From Octopus sinensis (Eukaryota), in NCBI RefSeq assembly GCF_006345805.1, contig NC_043026.1:8432001-8496000 (forward strand): DNA of 64,000 nucleotides, given 5' to 3'. The notes below the pieces were generated by a model that made no database searches, was not told where the DNA came from, and saw nothing but the letters and a program-made list of their open reading frames with translations. The position numbers and the translations under genes are program-made. Shown here piece after piece: positions 12,261 to 25,009 of this stretch (the first letter of the stretch is position 1; each line of letters begins with the position of its first letter).

Positions 12261-12914
12261 ATTTAAACCCATCCCACAACATGACAACTGAAGGCAGAAG
12301 AGGGCAAAAAGAAAAAAAAGGAGACACAGATACAAACAGCATAATATAGGAACCCCTACACACACAGACACTAGACACACAGACACACGCCAAACATGAC
12401 TACAATTTCTCTTGGCTCAACAGGTTTTCTCAAGCACAGCATATTTCCTGATGATTGAAGGGTACATTTAAATGGGCTGGTTATGTGACAGGATAAATAG
12501 GATCATATTCGGAATAGGCAGAGTGAATGCGCAAAGAAGTAGGAGCACCTGCATAATGAAGGGGTTCAGAAGACTGGACAGGGTGTGTGGATAGAGAGAA
12601 GAGAGAGGGGTGATCCCTAAGAGGGTGAGAGATATAGGGGTGTCTAAGGGGACAATGGTATGTCTGTGAGGGCAGTGAGAGTGAATGTGTGAGGAGGCAT
12701 ATGAGGGAGAGTGCAGGGGCATGATGTAGGAGGAAAGGAAAGTGTTGAGATGGGGTGGAGGACCAGATTGTATTGGGGGAAGGCATGGGTGTAAAGGGTG
12801 TGACTGTATGTGTGTGTATGTATATATATATAATACATATACATCATATATATATAGATATACACACACATATATACATATATACACACACACACACATA
12901 TATACAACCACAAA

Positions 12915-13250
12915 TCATCATCATCATCATCGTTTAACATCCGTTTCCATGCTAGCATGGGTTGGACAGTTCGACCAGGGTCTGGGAAGCCAGGAGGCTT
13001 CACCAGGTTCCAGTCTGATCTGGCAGCATTTCTACAGCTGGATGCCCTTCCTAACGCCAACCGCTCCGTGAGTGTAGTGGATGCTTTTTACATGCCACTG
13101 GCACAGAGGCAAGAGGAGGCTGGAAAATGGCCACGATTGGTTGGTGCTTTTACATGACACCGCCATGGACGCCAGTCAGGCCGCGCTGGCATCTGCCACG
13201 CTCGGACTGTACTTTTAACGTGTCACCGGCACGGGTATCTTAACTACAAT
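12915..13250 (-). mobile_element. RTE LINE 3'-UTR fragment
   Basis: (ATC)n tail followed by GTTTAACATCCGTTTCCATGCTAGCATGGGTTGGAC, as at the 3' end of the RTE at 43341. Confidence 0.75.
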
Positions 13251-13609
13251 TAAAGGGCTTCTTTCAGATCCCTTATGGCAGATAAAATGCTAACACAAGA
13301 AATGAAAAGAGATGCAGCCATTATTGCCAAATGTGTGGAACTTAGGGGTTTAGAAAATATCAAACTTTAAAGATCTTTAGTACACAAAGCTCAGATCAAA
13401 ATAGGAGAATTCTCGTGATTTAACAGCCATACAGAGCTCTCTGTCATTGGCTCAATACATACATATATACATTCCTATAACAATAGAATCTGACTAGAAG
13501 GAGATTTGGCTGTTATTTCTAGCAGGGTTAGCTACTCTAAAGCATTCTCCCTCCTTGCTTCGTTCAATGTCCGACACATTAACGATGAAGTCATTCACTG
13601 CATAAATGA

Positions 13610-13812
13610 CAGTCCTTTCTTCTAAAGGCACAAGGCCTGACATTTTGTAGGGAAGCGGACGGTTGACTACATCGGCCTCAGTACTCAAATGATACTTGTT
13701 TTATTGACCCTGGGAAGATGAAACCGAAGTAGGCCTCGGTGGAATTTGAACTTGGAACGTACCAACAAGTGAAATACCACTAAGCATTTCGCCCAGCATG
13801 CTAACGATTCTT
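13610..13812 (-). mobile_element. SINE family B (diverged)
   Basis: Reverse complement AGAATCGTTAGCATGCTGGGCGAAATGC...AGTTCAAATTCC. Confidence 0.7.
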
Positions 13813-13949
13813 AATAATGATAATAATAATAATAACTATAATGGGCTTATTGTATACAATGTTAGGGTCACTACAACTTATTGGAAAAGGTATACCTGTA
13901 TGTGTGTATGTATAAGGGTGTGTTTGTAGGTACACGTTTATATGTATGA

Positions 13950-14373
13950 GACCATAACCCGTGGCCTCTACCTGGGATGTAGCCAGTCCACTTACGCATA
14001 CCTTTTCCTTCTTGGGACACAAAACTCTACTTATGAAGACCTGTTGAGGAAAGTGAGAAATCAGAAATCAGAATCAAAATCGAAAGCGATCAATATCAAT
14101 GGAATTGAATTTTTAGCTGTGATACCAGTGCCGGGGGCACGTAAGAGAACCATCCGAACGTGGCCGTATGCCAGCCTCGTCTGGCACCTGTGTCGGTGGC
14201 ACGTAAAAAGCACCCACTACACTCACGGAGTGGTTGGCGTTAGGAAGGGCACCCAGCCGTAGAAACACTGCCAGATCAGACTGGGCCTGGTGCAGCCTTC
14301 TGGCTTCCCAGACCCCGGTCGAACTGTCCAACCCATGGAAAGCGGACGTTAAATGATGATGATGATGACGATG
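13950..14373 (+). mobile_element. 5'-truncated RTE 3'-UTR insertion with GTATGA TSD
   Basis: GTATGA at 13944-49 and 14374-79; (GAT)n tail; absent from the homologous site near 28165. Confidence 0.85.
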
Positions 14374-14499
14374 GTATGAATGTACATGTGTGTGTGTGTG
14401 TGTGTGTAGCTATATATGTATGTATACAAATTTAAATATTGAGGGTGGAATTTTTCCATATAAGGAAAGAAAGCAAAATAAGTGAATATGATTGGTTCA

Positions 14500-15330
14500 G
14501 AAACATGAAACACTTGAATGGAAATGCATGGAGAGGTGGTGGTGGTGGTGGCCATGTTGGAGAGGATGTAAAGAGAGAAAGAAAGAACATAGAATTGGAT
14601 GGGAGGTGGGGAGAGGGTGTCATTCATATAGTCTGTGGTAATCTGAGATAGGCGTGTCGATGCAATCTGGCTAACATATACTACAACACACCAACATATA
14701 CACACACATACCTATACACTACAACAGACACATACTTTTAAACCAAGATACATACCCATGACAAGGTAACACCCACCAGGTATCTAGAAACTTCTTCCTG
14801 GTAGATTATAAATATAGCTGTAAGTGCAGCACACTAGCCAAACTATTGCCACTTTTGCATGATATTTCTGAGAGAGACAAAGTCTTCAGGCTAGAATAAA
14901 CACCTCAACACAAGTAATCCAGGTAATTATTTTATTTAATACGTAATTTACCAATACACTTCGTTAAAGCTTCATTAGAACTATTTCAAACATAAACTTT
15001 TATATTGGAATTTGTTTTCTTTTCAGGCAGTATTTTATAGGCTAGAAAATTTTCAAAAATTTTACACTGTTACATTACAAGTAAAAATTTTCATTTCCAG
15101 AATATAAAATAAATTATAGTTTGGTTAATGGAAATTAAAGGAACAGATATGTTCATCTAAGAATACACAATTTTAGGTAGTTTAAATTTAAAATTTGTAA
15201 ATTAATTTTATGGCTGTTAAATTAATTGTTAGTTTTCTGTAAGCTTAATTTTTTAAAAGCTTAGCAAAGGAGAAGGGCCCCGCCAATGACCCTTTATTTT
15301 CCCAGGGTCTGCGAGAGAAAGACATTCTCA
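14500..15330 (+). promoter_or_regulatory. Conserved upstream/5'-leader block of copy 2 with candidate non-coding exons
   Basis: Donor CCAG|GTAATT (14923), acceptors TTTCAG| (15026) and TTTATTTTCCCAG| (15305), conserved in copies 1 and 3. Confidence 0.55.
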
Positions 15331-18019
15331 AACAAGAGACCTAACATGAATGCATACAACAGAGAAATCCTCTCCTAAAAAGCATCTCAAGGGCCAGGTG
15401 ATAGATTAAGTCTGCAACCCAGGGAGGCAACAAAAAGATTTGAACTCAGATCACAAAGAACCACATTAAATACTACAAGGAATCTTGTCAAATATATAAT
15501 TCCATCAGACCACCACCTCAGACTGGCATTTTAATTATTGACACTAGCATGATAAAAATCAAAATTAATCTCAGCAGGATTTGATCTCAGAAGACAAAGA
15601 GTCAGTATAAATACCACAAGGTATTAAGTCCATATGTTCTAACGACTCTACTAATTGATCTTTTTCTTCTTTCAATCAAAGAAATTTTTTAAACTGATCT
15701 TTTTATTTTAATATTAAACTTTGTATATAAATGGAATTGTTCTGGTGATTTCATTTCTATTTTATATCTTGAAGCAAACAAGAAGAATTGTTTAAATATT
15801 AAACAATTTGGTGACAACATATATTTTCTCTCTCAGCACATCTTTATCCTACATCCATATTTTAATGTACAATGCATTAAATATGTTTTTTCACCATCTT
15901 CAATATTATTTATCAGATGGATGGCTTCTGAGAATTACTTCACATTGTCTGCAATTATTATAAACTCTATTACAAGAACAACAGCAAAGTCCCTAAAATG
16001 CCCCTCAAAAACATGTTAGATAATAACAACTTATGGGTGGGGTCATGGATAGAACCTCTGACCATAGGGTGACTAGATAAGAATTAACTTTCAGTTAAAC
16101 ATCAACAACAGAAGCCATAATTTTGATTTATTTTAAACAAATATATTTGTTACATTTCAAATATAATGTTTATAAAAATAATTTTAATATTTCAACTTTA
16201 TAAATTGTATTCTGACATTATAAAAGTTAAACATCCTATTAAATTTAAAAAGATTATAGTTTTGATATATTTTTATAAATTACATTTAAATATTGTATTT
16301 GAAGGAATAATCTATGTTATAATTTGGTAAATTCAGAAATATTCTTGGAGATTTCTGTGGAATTATCAGCTTGGTTGAGAAATAGAGTAGTGATGGGTTT
16401 TTTATAGAAACCAGAAAATATAACTTCAGGCAAGATATTCTCTGGAAAGTGGGGGTAAAATGATGATGATCATACATACATACAGACGTATGGATGTATA
16501 AATATACATGTGTGCATCTTTCTTTGTCTATATATTATACACATTCATTCATATATATGTATGCATGTGTATATAAATACAAACACAATTAGATTAAAGT
16601 CTAATTATTATGAGGGGTTTTGTAGGTTTTTCTTCCCCAAAATAAACCAAGTAGAATGGCACAAATGAAACATAAACATTCATTCTAATTTAATTATACA
16701 ATAGAAATATTTGCAATTATCTGCTTTTCTCTTTATAAACTTTGTTGTCAACAACAACAGCAATAACAACAACATATCCTTATCCAGCTTTTCCCCAAAA
16801 ATATGTTGTTGTTTAGTCCATGTATATTCAAAGAGCTGACATCCTGAAGAAGGTCTCTTTTATTTTTCATTCCTCCTGGGGTCAATAGAGTAACAGTTAT
16901 TATTTCATAGACCAAGGAGGGGTGGAGGATCATTCTGATAATGATGGGTCACCACAATGTCATTAAACACCCCCACCAATATTTCCTAATCCACCTCATT
17001 AAACCCCCAATACTTCATAATGAACTACACCAAGTTATAACTCCTCACCTGACACAAAACAAAACACACTTCACCTGCCAAACCCCTTTTTCATACAAAC
17101 ACATCTTTCTCATTGCCACCCAAACATTGTCCCTTATATTAAAGATAATTAAGATGAACCTACCTTTCATTAATTTGGCTTATTCATTAACCAATCTTTA
17201 TTATCTCAATCAGCAACAAATAATAACGATCCTCTCAACATGCTGTCTATCAGTGTGATTATATGAAAGCCCATCTTTGGATAAGCTTTCCCAGTTAATC
17301 AATGTTGTGTATGATAATTGTGTGGATTATATTGAAATGTCGAGAGATTTACAGCATTTGTCAGGTTAAGAACAGTTTCATCTCCAGCTTTATTGGTATC
17401 TGTGAATCCAAGTAAATATGATGGAAACCAAGCCAACCATGACTGTCCCGTCATTTTCAGTACATATAATCATTAGTAATACTTATATTCCATCTAACTA
17501 GCAAAATGTTCAGTCTGTCTTGTATCTGACAAATGGCTATGAAACATAATAAAGTCTATGTTTTGCTAATTGTTCCATGTTAACGAAGTTTGAATATGAT
17601 TGCTGTGTGTTGGGACATAATATAGCATGTACACCAATTAAAATTAATTTTCTCTACAGCTTAGAGTGTCTCGTTATTGAGTACTTTTGGAGCGGGGGAA
17701 TCTCTTTGACTAATTATCGTTAAATAAATCTAAGCCACACATGACAATTTCTTTGTGATGTTGAGAGCAAATATCATTTCCAGTGAAAATAATTATTTCT
17801 GATATTTAGACTCCATGTAATTAATAAAACTTATTAATACATCTTAGAATAAATTGTAATAAGTTGTTTAAATATTAATTAGACAAGATTAATTCACTGA
17901 CAGAAATACATAAATGTTTTGTTTGTGTTTTTCAAATGATGAAGCAAACATCATCTCCCTGAAACTTTAATATTTTCACAAAGCTAAATGTTTTCCTTAT
18001 ATTTCTTTACAGATTCACT

Positions 18020-21000
18020 ATGGAAGCCCCAAGAGAAAATTCTTTAAGGAAACTTATCCCTCAAATAAGGGCTTTAAGGAACTCAACACCAAAATGGGAT
18101 GAAGAAGGAGTTGAGAAGAAAAGGTGTAAATATGAGAGAGATGATGGTTCAAGGAGAGAAATGTCCAAGAAACGATCTTCATCACAGCCAACAACAAAAC
18201 TAAAAAGACATAACGGAGACCCTAAAAACTGGGAAATAATGGGGAGACGAGATATTTTGGACAAACACATATTCTATACAATACACAATGCCTATGAGGA
18301 CAAAATTAATTTGTTGATAAATTCTCGGAAAGAAATATGTACTTTTTTAAAAAAAATTGGAATGGATGAAAATACTTTTCTAAAACATTTTACACAGAGA
18401 ATAAAAATTCTGACGAAAGACGTTAAAAAAAACGATTACAATCAAGAATTTATTATTTTTGGAAAACTAGAAATGTTCCTGGAACACTATATACAAAGAA
18501 ATATTCTACAAGACAAACACAAAACCATTGATCCACCAAAAATAATCACAAAATTTCGGCAACTTCAACCAGTTGTGACCAGAGAAGCAAATATTGAGGA
18601 ATCTGGAGAAGAATTTGAAGAAATCCCAATAATATCAAATATTGTCATCATAGAGGAGGGAGTGATGACATATTCCCACCATTATAAGATAATAAGTTTA
18701 GTAACAAGAGACAGTGACAGAAATGATATCCATTGTCCATCTTCTGTGACCAGTTTCACCAGAATCAGTGAAGACATGGTTCTGGCAACCCTCCCCTTCC
18801 AAGAAATGATTCTTATTATCAGCCCCAAAACCTTCAAGATCAAAAGGATACAGTTGGGGTTACATATGGTGAGTTACTTGGAAGATTCTACACTTATAGG
18901 TGTAGAAATGTTTGGTAAGATAGTTTACGAATTTGATTGGGAGGATAATACCATTAACTATCAATTTATTACCAAAGAAACACCTACAGATATTGCTGTA
19001 GGGGTCCAGAATATACTTGTAATTACATTCGCCAGCATCAACAGAGTAATCTGTTACAAACTGGATGGCCAACAGTTATGGGAGGTAGAGACCCATTCTC
19101 TGCACCTCCCAAGTAAAATTTCTCTGTACCAACACTATTTCTATGTCCTCCAGGGACAAATAATTTATAGGATTTCAGCTAAAGGTGGTGTGACAAGGAG
19201 GGACATTGGCAGGAAATGCCGCTCTATTTCTGTTGGTAAAGATGCCATTTTGGTAACAGATTATTGCGGCAAACCACATGGTATTCAAATGAATAAAGAC
19301 TTTTGGCCCAAACTGTCATACAACCACCAGCTACATACCCCCAGTTTAAAAGACTATATTGATATTGAGGATTGCTACAACATTACAAATATTCTACCTA
19401 TGTCTACATCTTCTATATTAATAATTTACAAAAACAAGAAAGCTAAATTATTCACTGATAATGGGGAAATAATTAGCCAAAATAATTCAGTTTTCGTTGA
19501 GCTTCCTTCTTTCTGTTGTAGAATAAACGCAAACAGATTCCTGGTATTTTATCATGAAATGAAAGGATTTCAGTATATAACCTGTCCTGAACTAAGAAAA
19601 GGCCCTATAATAAAGGTGCAAACTGGTTACATGAAAATATGTCATATTGTATCAAATAAGTGTTTAGCTGTGACCACCACTGAAAACAAAAGCGAGATCC
19701 ATATCCTATTGATCAACAAAGATAAAGTTGACATTGCAGAAAGAATTTCTCTGGGACATTATAATGTCAGCATTGCTGCAACTCCAATTAATTTTGTAGT
19801 CGTAGATGGAAACGAAAATAAAATGGTATTTTATTCCACATGTGGTGAAAAACTTTTTCAAAAATACCTTCCATTCTATGGCTACCCTCATCACATCTAC
19901 TCTGATAATGTTTATTTCTATGTCCTCTTCAAGAGACACTCTATTCTCAGATGTTACGATCTATATGGACAAATGAAATGGCAGTGGGAACTGCCTTTCC
20001 CTGTTCACCCTCACATTGCTGTTTTCCAAGGAACTCTTTATGTCCCGGACACTCAACTCAACAGGGTTCTTCTTTACAAGTATCAAGACCGGTCGTCTGG
20101 CTGTCGTTTACCCACGAAAAATCCTTACATCAGAAATCTAAATCTACGACTCAAAGAAAAGAAGAATGACCAAAAACTTGTCATTGGTGAAATATGTAAT
20201 CTGTCCAATGGACAGTTGGTGGTGTCTGACATCAACCATGATTGCTTGTTATACATTTCTCAAGAAGGAGACATTGTGTCCAGATTATCTCTGCTGTCTA
20301 CAGCTACAGATATATGTCAATGGGATTCTAATCATATAGGGGTCACATTACCCCTACAGAAACAATTAAGGGTCATCGGAAACCTATCAAAGAGAGTGAG
20401 AAGTATATCATTAAGGCAGCCTTATGTACGGGCGTGTAAGTTGGGTGAATGTGAAATTGTTTGTTATTGTGATAAACCATCACAATTAGATATTTTAGCC
20501 ATCAATAATTATAATCAAGTTGAAGTAATTAAGACAATTAATATCCCTGTTTTTGTGAAATCATTATCAATAGAGAAGAAAACAGAAAAGCTATTAATTG
20601 TTACTAAGGAAAAAGCTTTTCAGTACAACACTAGAATAGGTGGTGGTGGTCATGGCGGTCGTCAAATGGTCCCCAGTGTTTTAATGTCCCAAGTGAAACG
20701 TCCCCTCAGTCTCCAAGGTGGATCTATTGACCAAACGTCTGTTTATCTGATAGACAGAAGCCGTATGTTTGCCATAAACGATCATAATTTAGTGGTTAAT
20801 GATCTCGTTACAAATAATCAACTTAATTATTATATCGACCTGGTGGATGTATTTTCCAGAAACATTTCTGTCAGTGAAATGTTGTCTTCCACTTTATATC
20901 TACAGGACCTGACAGTTTCTGATAAAGCCAGACATATTCCTCTCCCTAAACATTTGGGAGACAAAGGACCAGTGTGGATTAGATCTTTGGTTCTTACTGA

Positions 21001-22381
21001 AAATAATCTGATTGCAGGATGTGACTTGAGGAATGGAAAGATTAAGATATTCACTTTGGATGGTCAGCTTTTGGATTCAATCAAAGTGAATGTTTATGGA
21101 GATATTAAAATGTGTCGATGGCAGTCAAACACACTGGTCATTACGAGTTGGGATGATGATGATCTTGATAAACCCCAACTGTTGACATTAAAAGTGGAAT
21201 TTCCATTGTCGTTGGTAATTTACCAAATGAGAAATAATTATAAATGTGTGGCTTCTTTATCAAACAATCAACTGGTTTTTAGTATATTGGGAGATGTAGG
21301 TCATTTGTATTTTGTTGATATTGATGAAATACATTCAAGTGTGAAGGAATTAAAACAAATAGACATACCTGAACCATTAATAAGGAGAGGCAAAGATGGA
21401 AATTATTCTGATGAAATCCACGATATTAAAGTTACTGCTGAAGATGTCATCATTGTCTTCAACTGGAGATTCATCATTTTCTTCAACAGTGGTGGTCAAT
21501 ATTTACATTCAGTCAGACACTACATGCGGTATTTTAGTAATGACAGGATGACAATTGATGACAGCTTTTTGTACATTTATGGTGACTGGGTGAAATGTTT
21601 AGGTGCATCTGGATATCAAAACATTTTATGTTTGACCCAGAATGCGGAATACAAGAGAATATTTTTAAATAAAAGAATTTATAAAGATAAAGTATATTTC
21701 CCCAGTATAGACTGTAAAGGACCGAGGTTTGTTGGAAGCCCCAGGAGGGAAGAAAGGAATGAATTGTATGTTGAAGGGTTGTTTATGGTGAATCGAGACA
21801 GCTTCCCGGTTGCTCGTTTACAAACAGACGAATGTCCTGTTCAAGTAAAAGATTTTGATGTCTCTGAGGAAGGAAAGACAGTTGTGTGTGAAAAAGCCAA
21901 TAATGGAAATGTTAAAATATTCAATGAAGACGGCCAGTTGCTATGTCACAGAAATGTTGCAAGTTTAGTTGGTGGTGTGTGTTTTACGCAAGAATCACAC
22001 ATAATGGCCACGGTTCCTAAAAGGAAAGAAATATTTCAACTGAATGGAGAAGATTTGCAGACATCTCAAGTTTGGTCGAGTCTCATCCCTTATGGTGTAT
22101 TATGGAGAAAAGTGGGAAATATTTACTGGTGTGTACATAATGAATTGATTGAATGTCATTGCATAAAGATTGATGGGGACCAAGTGAACATTCTGGAATC
22201 TGTGTCGTTATCAAATCTTGATTCTGGTCTTCGTTTCCCTTCCATTACATCTGAAACGAACAAGGAAATATTCAGTAATGAATTAATTAATAATTTGGAA
22301 TACAGAGGAAGAGATGGAGATGGAGGAAGAAGAAGAGGTAAATCAGGTGATGTGTTTATATATATATACACACATATTTAG
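18020..22381 (+). CDS. Multi-propeller family copy 2, 1453 aa (five propellers; C-terminal propeller deleted)
   Basis: Uninterrupted ORF with acceptor at 18011-12; collinear with copy 3 to GKSG, then joined at 22350/22351 to 3'-flank microsatellite sequence that supplies DVFIYIYTHI*. Confidence 0.85.
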   Translation: MEAPRENSLRKLIPQIRALRNSTPKWDEEGVEKKRCKYERDDGSRREMSKKRSSSQPTTKLKRHNGDPKNWEIMGRRDILDKHIFYTIHNAYEDKINLLINSRKEICTFLKKIGMDENTFLKHFTQRIKILTKDVKKNDYNQEFIIFGKLEMFLEHYIQRNILQDKHKTIDPPKIITKFRQLQPVVTREANIEESGEEFEEIPIISNIVIIEEGVMTYSHHYKIISLVTRDSDRNDIHCPSSVTSFTRISEDMVLATLPFQEMILIISPKTFKIKRIQLGLHMVSYLEDSTLIGVEMFGKIVYEFDWEDNTINYQFITKETPTDIAVGVQNILVITFASINRVICYKLDGQQLWEVETHSLHLPSKISLYQHYFYVLQGQIIYRISAKGGVTRRDIGRKCRSISVGKDAILVTDYCGKPHGIQMNKDFWPKLSYNHQLHTPSLKDYIDIEDCYNITNILPMSTSSILIIYKNKKAKLFTDNGEIISQNNSVFVELPSFCCRINANRFLVFYHEMKGFQYITCPELRKGPIIKVQTGYMKICHIVSNKCLAVTTTENKSEIHILLINKDKVDIAERISLGHYNVSIAATPINFVVVDGNENKMVFYSTCGEKLFQKYLPFYGYPHHIYSDNVYFYVLFKRHSILRCYDLYGQMKWQWELPFPVHPHIAVFQGTLYVPDTQLNRVLLYKYQDRSSGCRLPTKNPYIRNLNLRLKEKKNDQKLVIGEICNLSNGQLVVSDINHDCLLYISQEGDIVSRLSLLSTATDICQWDSNHIGVTLPLQKQLRVIGNLSKRVRSISLRQPYVRACKLGECEIVCYCDKPSQLDILAINNYNQVEVIKTINIPVFVKSLSIEKKTEKLLIVTKEKAFQYNTRIGGGGHGGRQMVPSVLMSQVKRPLSLQGGSIDQTSVYLIDRSRMFAINDHNLVVNDLVTNNQLNYYIDLVDVFSRNISVSEMLSSTLYLQDLTVSDKARHIPLPKHLGDKGPVWIRSLVLTENNLIAGCDLRNGKIKIFTLDGQLLDSIKVNVYGDIKMCRWQSNTLVITSWDDDDLDKPQLLTLKVEFPLSLVIYQMRNNYKCVASLSNNQLVFSILGDVGHLYFVDIDEIHSSVKELKQIDIPEPLIRRGKDGNYSDEIHDIKVTAEDVIIVFNWRFIIFFNSGGQYLHSVRHYMRYFSNDRMTIDDSFLYIYGDWVKCLGASGYQNILCLTQNAEYKRIFLNKRIYKDKVYFPSIDCKGPRFVGSPRREERNELYVEGLFMVNRDSFPVARLQTDECPVQVKDFDVSEEGKTVVCEKANNGNVKIFNEDGQLLCHRNVASLVGGVCFTQESHIMATVPKRKEIFQLNGEDLQTSQVWSSLIPYGVLWRKVGNIYWCVHNELIECHCIKIDGDQVNILESVSLSNLDSGLRFPSITSETNKEIFSNELINNLEYRGRDGDGGRRRGKSGDVFIYIYTHI

Positions 22382-22420
22382 GAATGCATGTATAGAAATA
22401 AGGCTATAAGTATGTATATT

Positions 22421-22463
<43 letters not shown>

Positions 22464-22828
22464 GCATGCATGTATGTATAGGAATGTTTGGTCCAAAACC
22501 AGAGACTTTTATTATCATTGATTCTCCATTAAAAGGCAGACGACCAACAACAACAACAACAGCAGACAACAACCACCACCGCCGCCTCCATCACCACCAC
22601 CACCGCCTCCATCATCACCATCATCATCATTATCATCATCATCGTCGTCATCAGCGTTGTGTGTGCGTGTGTGCAGTCTGCATCTGACAGTTTTTAACGT
22701 TTAATAAGAATAGATTGTTGTTGTTGTTGTTGCAGTGACATTCCAACTGCACACACGCACAAACATTGCCTTTCGTCCACGTAGGGTTGTTGTTGTTGTT
22801 GTTGTTGCTGTTGGGGGTTCATAACAGC

Positions 22829-24450
22829 ATAACTTGCAGAAAAATGGATACTTTTTGAATGAAACTTTCAACAAATAATCGCTTAGATCCTGTAGATTGA
22901 GTTTTTGTAAGGATTTGTTGGAAAAATATTTTCTGAAGGGTTGCGGAAAGGAGTTTCTCAAAATTCACACAACCAGACATTTTCCCTCCTCATAAATTTC
23001 AGGAAAATAGGTATTTTTGAATGAAATTTTATAGAAATAACTTTCAAACGATGTAGATTACGATTAAAAAGAAATTTGTTGGCAAAATGTTTTGTAAGCG
23101 GTCGAGGGAGATTTGGCTGTTGTTTCTAGCACACCCCCCCTTGTTTTCTTTTTTTCTTATTCAATGTTTTGACGTTTTTCAATATTTTCCCCTCAGAAAC
23201 ACATTTATGTTATAAAAAAATAAAAAGAATATTTTTAAAATCTCTGATTATTTTTAGCCCCACTTCCTGGCCCCCGATTCTTTCTCTTTATATAATTGTA
23301 AAATATTGGAGAGCCTGAGAAGATTCTTGCTGGGATTTATCCACAGGGATTTAAATAAGAGCTTTGTAAAAGAGGATTTCTTTTGAGAGCATCCTTTTCT
23401 CTTAGAAAATGCTTTCTTTTCTTACACACACGGCCTCGCTTGGTTGCGATTCGAATAAAAATCGAAATTACCTTTTTGTCTTTTCTCTTAGCTTATTATA
23501 TCGCAGCAATGGACCAGGCGTGTGTTACTTTGGCATCATCATTCCATAAAATGTGTTTCTGGGGAGAGAAAATATTGGAAAGCATCAATAGATGTGAGAT
23601 TGAGAAAGAAACGAGGAGGGAGGTGTTGGGATGTGCTAGAAATAACAGTCACACCTCCCTCAAATCAAACATTTTCCTCTCAAATTATTAACAATTTTTG
23701 TTAAATTTTGGTAAAGACACCCATAAGATTTTCACCGAGAAAAAGAAACCCGAGTTTTTCTTTTTCTTAGTGAAAATCGTGGGGTTTTCTTACCAAAGTT
23801 TACCTGAATTTTTTTTTAAAGCGAAAATGTTCCTCTTGCGGGTTTTAAGTACATCGACCAAAAAAAAAAAGGGTCGAAATTGGTCCGGACTGGGATGGGG
23901 GAGAATAAAAGAAAATCATAAATTTGGGAAATTTTTATCTACTTTTCGTGAAAAGATGCCTCCCTTCATTCAGAAGAATCTACACCAGTGGTTCTCAACG
24001 GGGGTTCATATAAGATTTTTGGGGTTCCATGTAACAAAATTGTATTTTAAGGACCCCTAAAATCATTTTGCTTTAGATGTATGTATTTTGAGGAATGGCT
24101 AAGTTTCGTTTTCTAGCATTTTACATGGTTCAACCTAAACAAGTGAATGTGAGAAAAACAAAATAGGGATTTTGGAAGAAGTTTCTATAAAACTAGTTTT
24201 AAACATCGTGCGGGTTCAATGGGGGTCCATCTGAGGAAAATAGTAATTAAAGGGGTCCATAGAAAAAGAAATGGTTGAGAACCCCTGATTTGAAAGGTAT
24301 TTCTATAAAATTTCATTGAAAATACCCATTTTCATGAAAGCTGTGAAGGGGGAAAAATGTCATGGAAGTGTCCTTAAAAGTATCCATTTTCCTGGAAGTT
24401 ATGAGGAAACAAAGTCGATGGGGTATACATCTGTAGTTATGCCCCAAAGT
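22829..24450. mobile_element. Non-autonomous DNA element with long TIRs (left end clipped), superfamily unknown
   Basis: 24290-24450 is the reverse complement of the CATAACTTGCAGAAAAATG...ATGAAATTTTATAGAAATA block at 22829-23060 and 47148-47420. Confidence 0.55.
23986..24287. mobile_element. hAT-type MITE (about 302 bp)
   Basis: TIRs CAGTGGTTCTCAAC and GTTGAGAACCCCTG; no clean 8-bp TSD. Confidence 0.75.
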
Positions 24451-25009
24451 CAGTGGGACATAATTCTGTTCTTATACCGAAATATTTATAAAACAGAATG
24501 TATATAAAATTGTGTAGAAATGTGTTTGTATATATATATATATATGTTTGTGTATAAATTATAGATTGTATATGATTAAGTTTAAAAAAGAAATGTCACA
24601 AGATATTAGAATATTTAATGCATTGGATAATTTCCGACTCTATTGTATAGGATTGACGATACATTATATAGACATAAATATATAACACAAAATTATATAC
24701 CCAGGAAAGCAGAATATTATATATGCATGCATATTTATATATAAACTCAGATATATATATACACCTACAGACATATACATATAATTATACATTATTATAC
24801 ACAGCCTTCTTGCACACACATAAACATTCAGTCCCACTGCGTGGCACCTTGGGCAAGTGTCTTCTACCATAGCCTGGGGCTGACCAAAGCCTTGTGAGTG
24901 GATTTGGTAGACGGAAACTGAAAGAAGCCCGTTGTATATATATATATATATGTGTGTGCGTAAGTTTGCATTCATTACTATTCATATCACCTGTGGATCA
25001 TCATCATCA

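Noticed and set aside
16941-17258. 105-112-aa ORF open in both duplicated units (also 36036-36374)
   Set aside because: The two units are near-identical, so shared openness is uninformative; no recognisable domain or splice context.
18061-22371. Short antisense ORFs inside the large CDSs (also within 37132-42591, 52156-55722 and 60943-63861)
   Set aside because: Shadow frames of the real coding strand, repeated only because the paralogs are similar.
22388-22687. Poly-His ORF (also 42850-43095)
   Set aside because: Derived from (CAT)n/(CAC)n microsatellites in the 3' flank.
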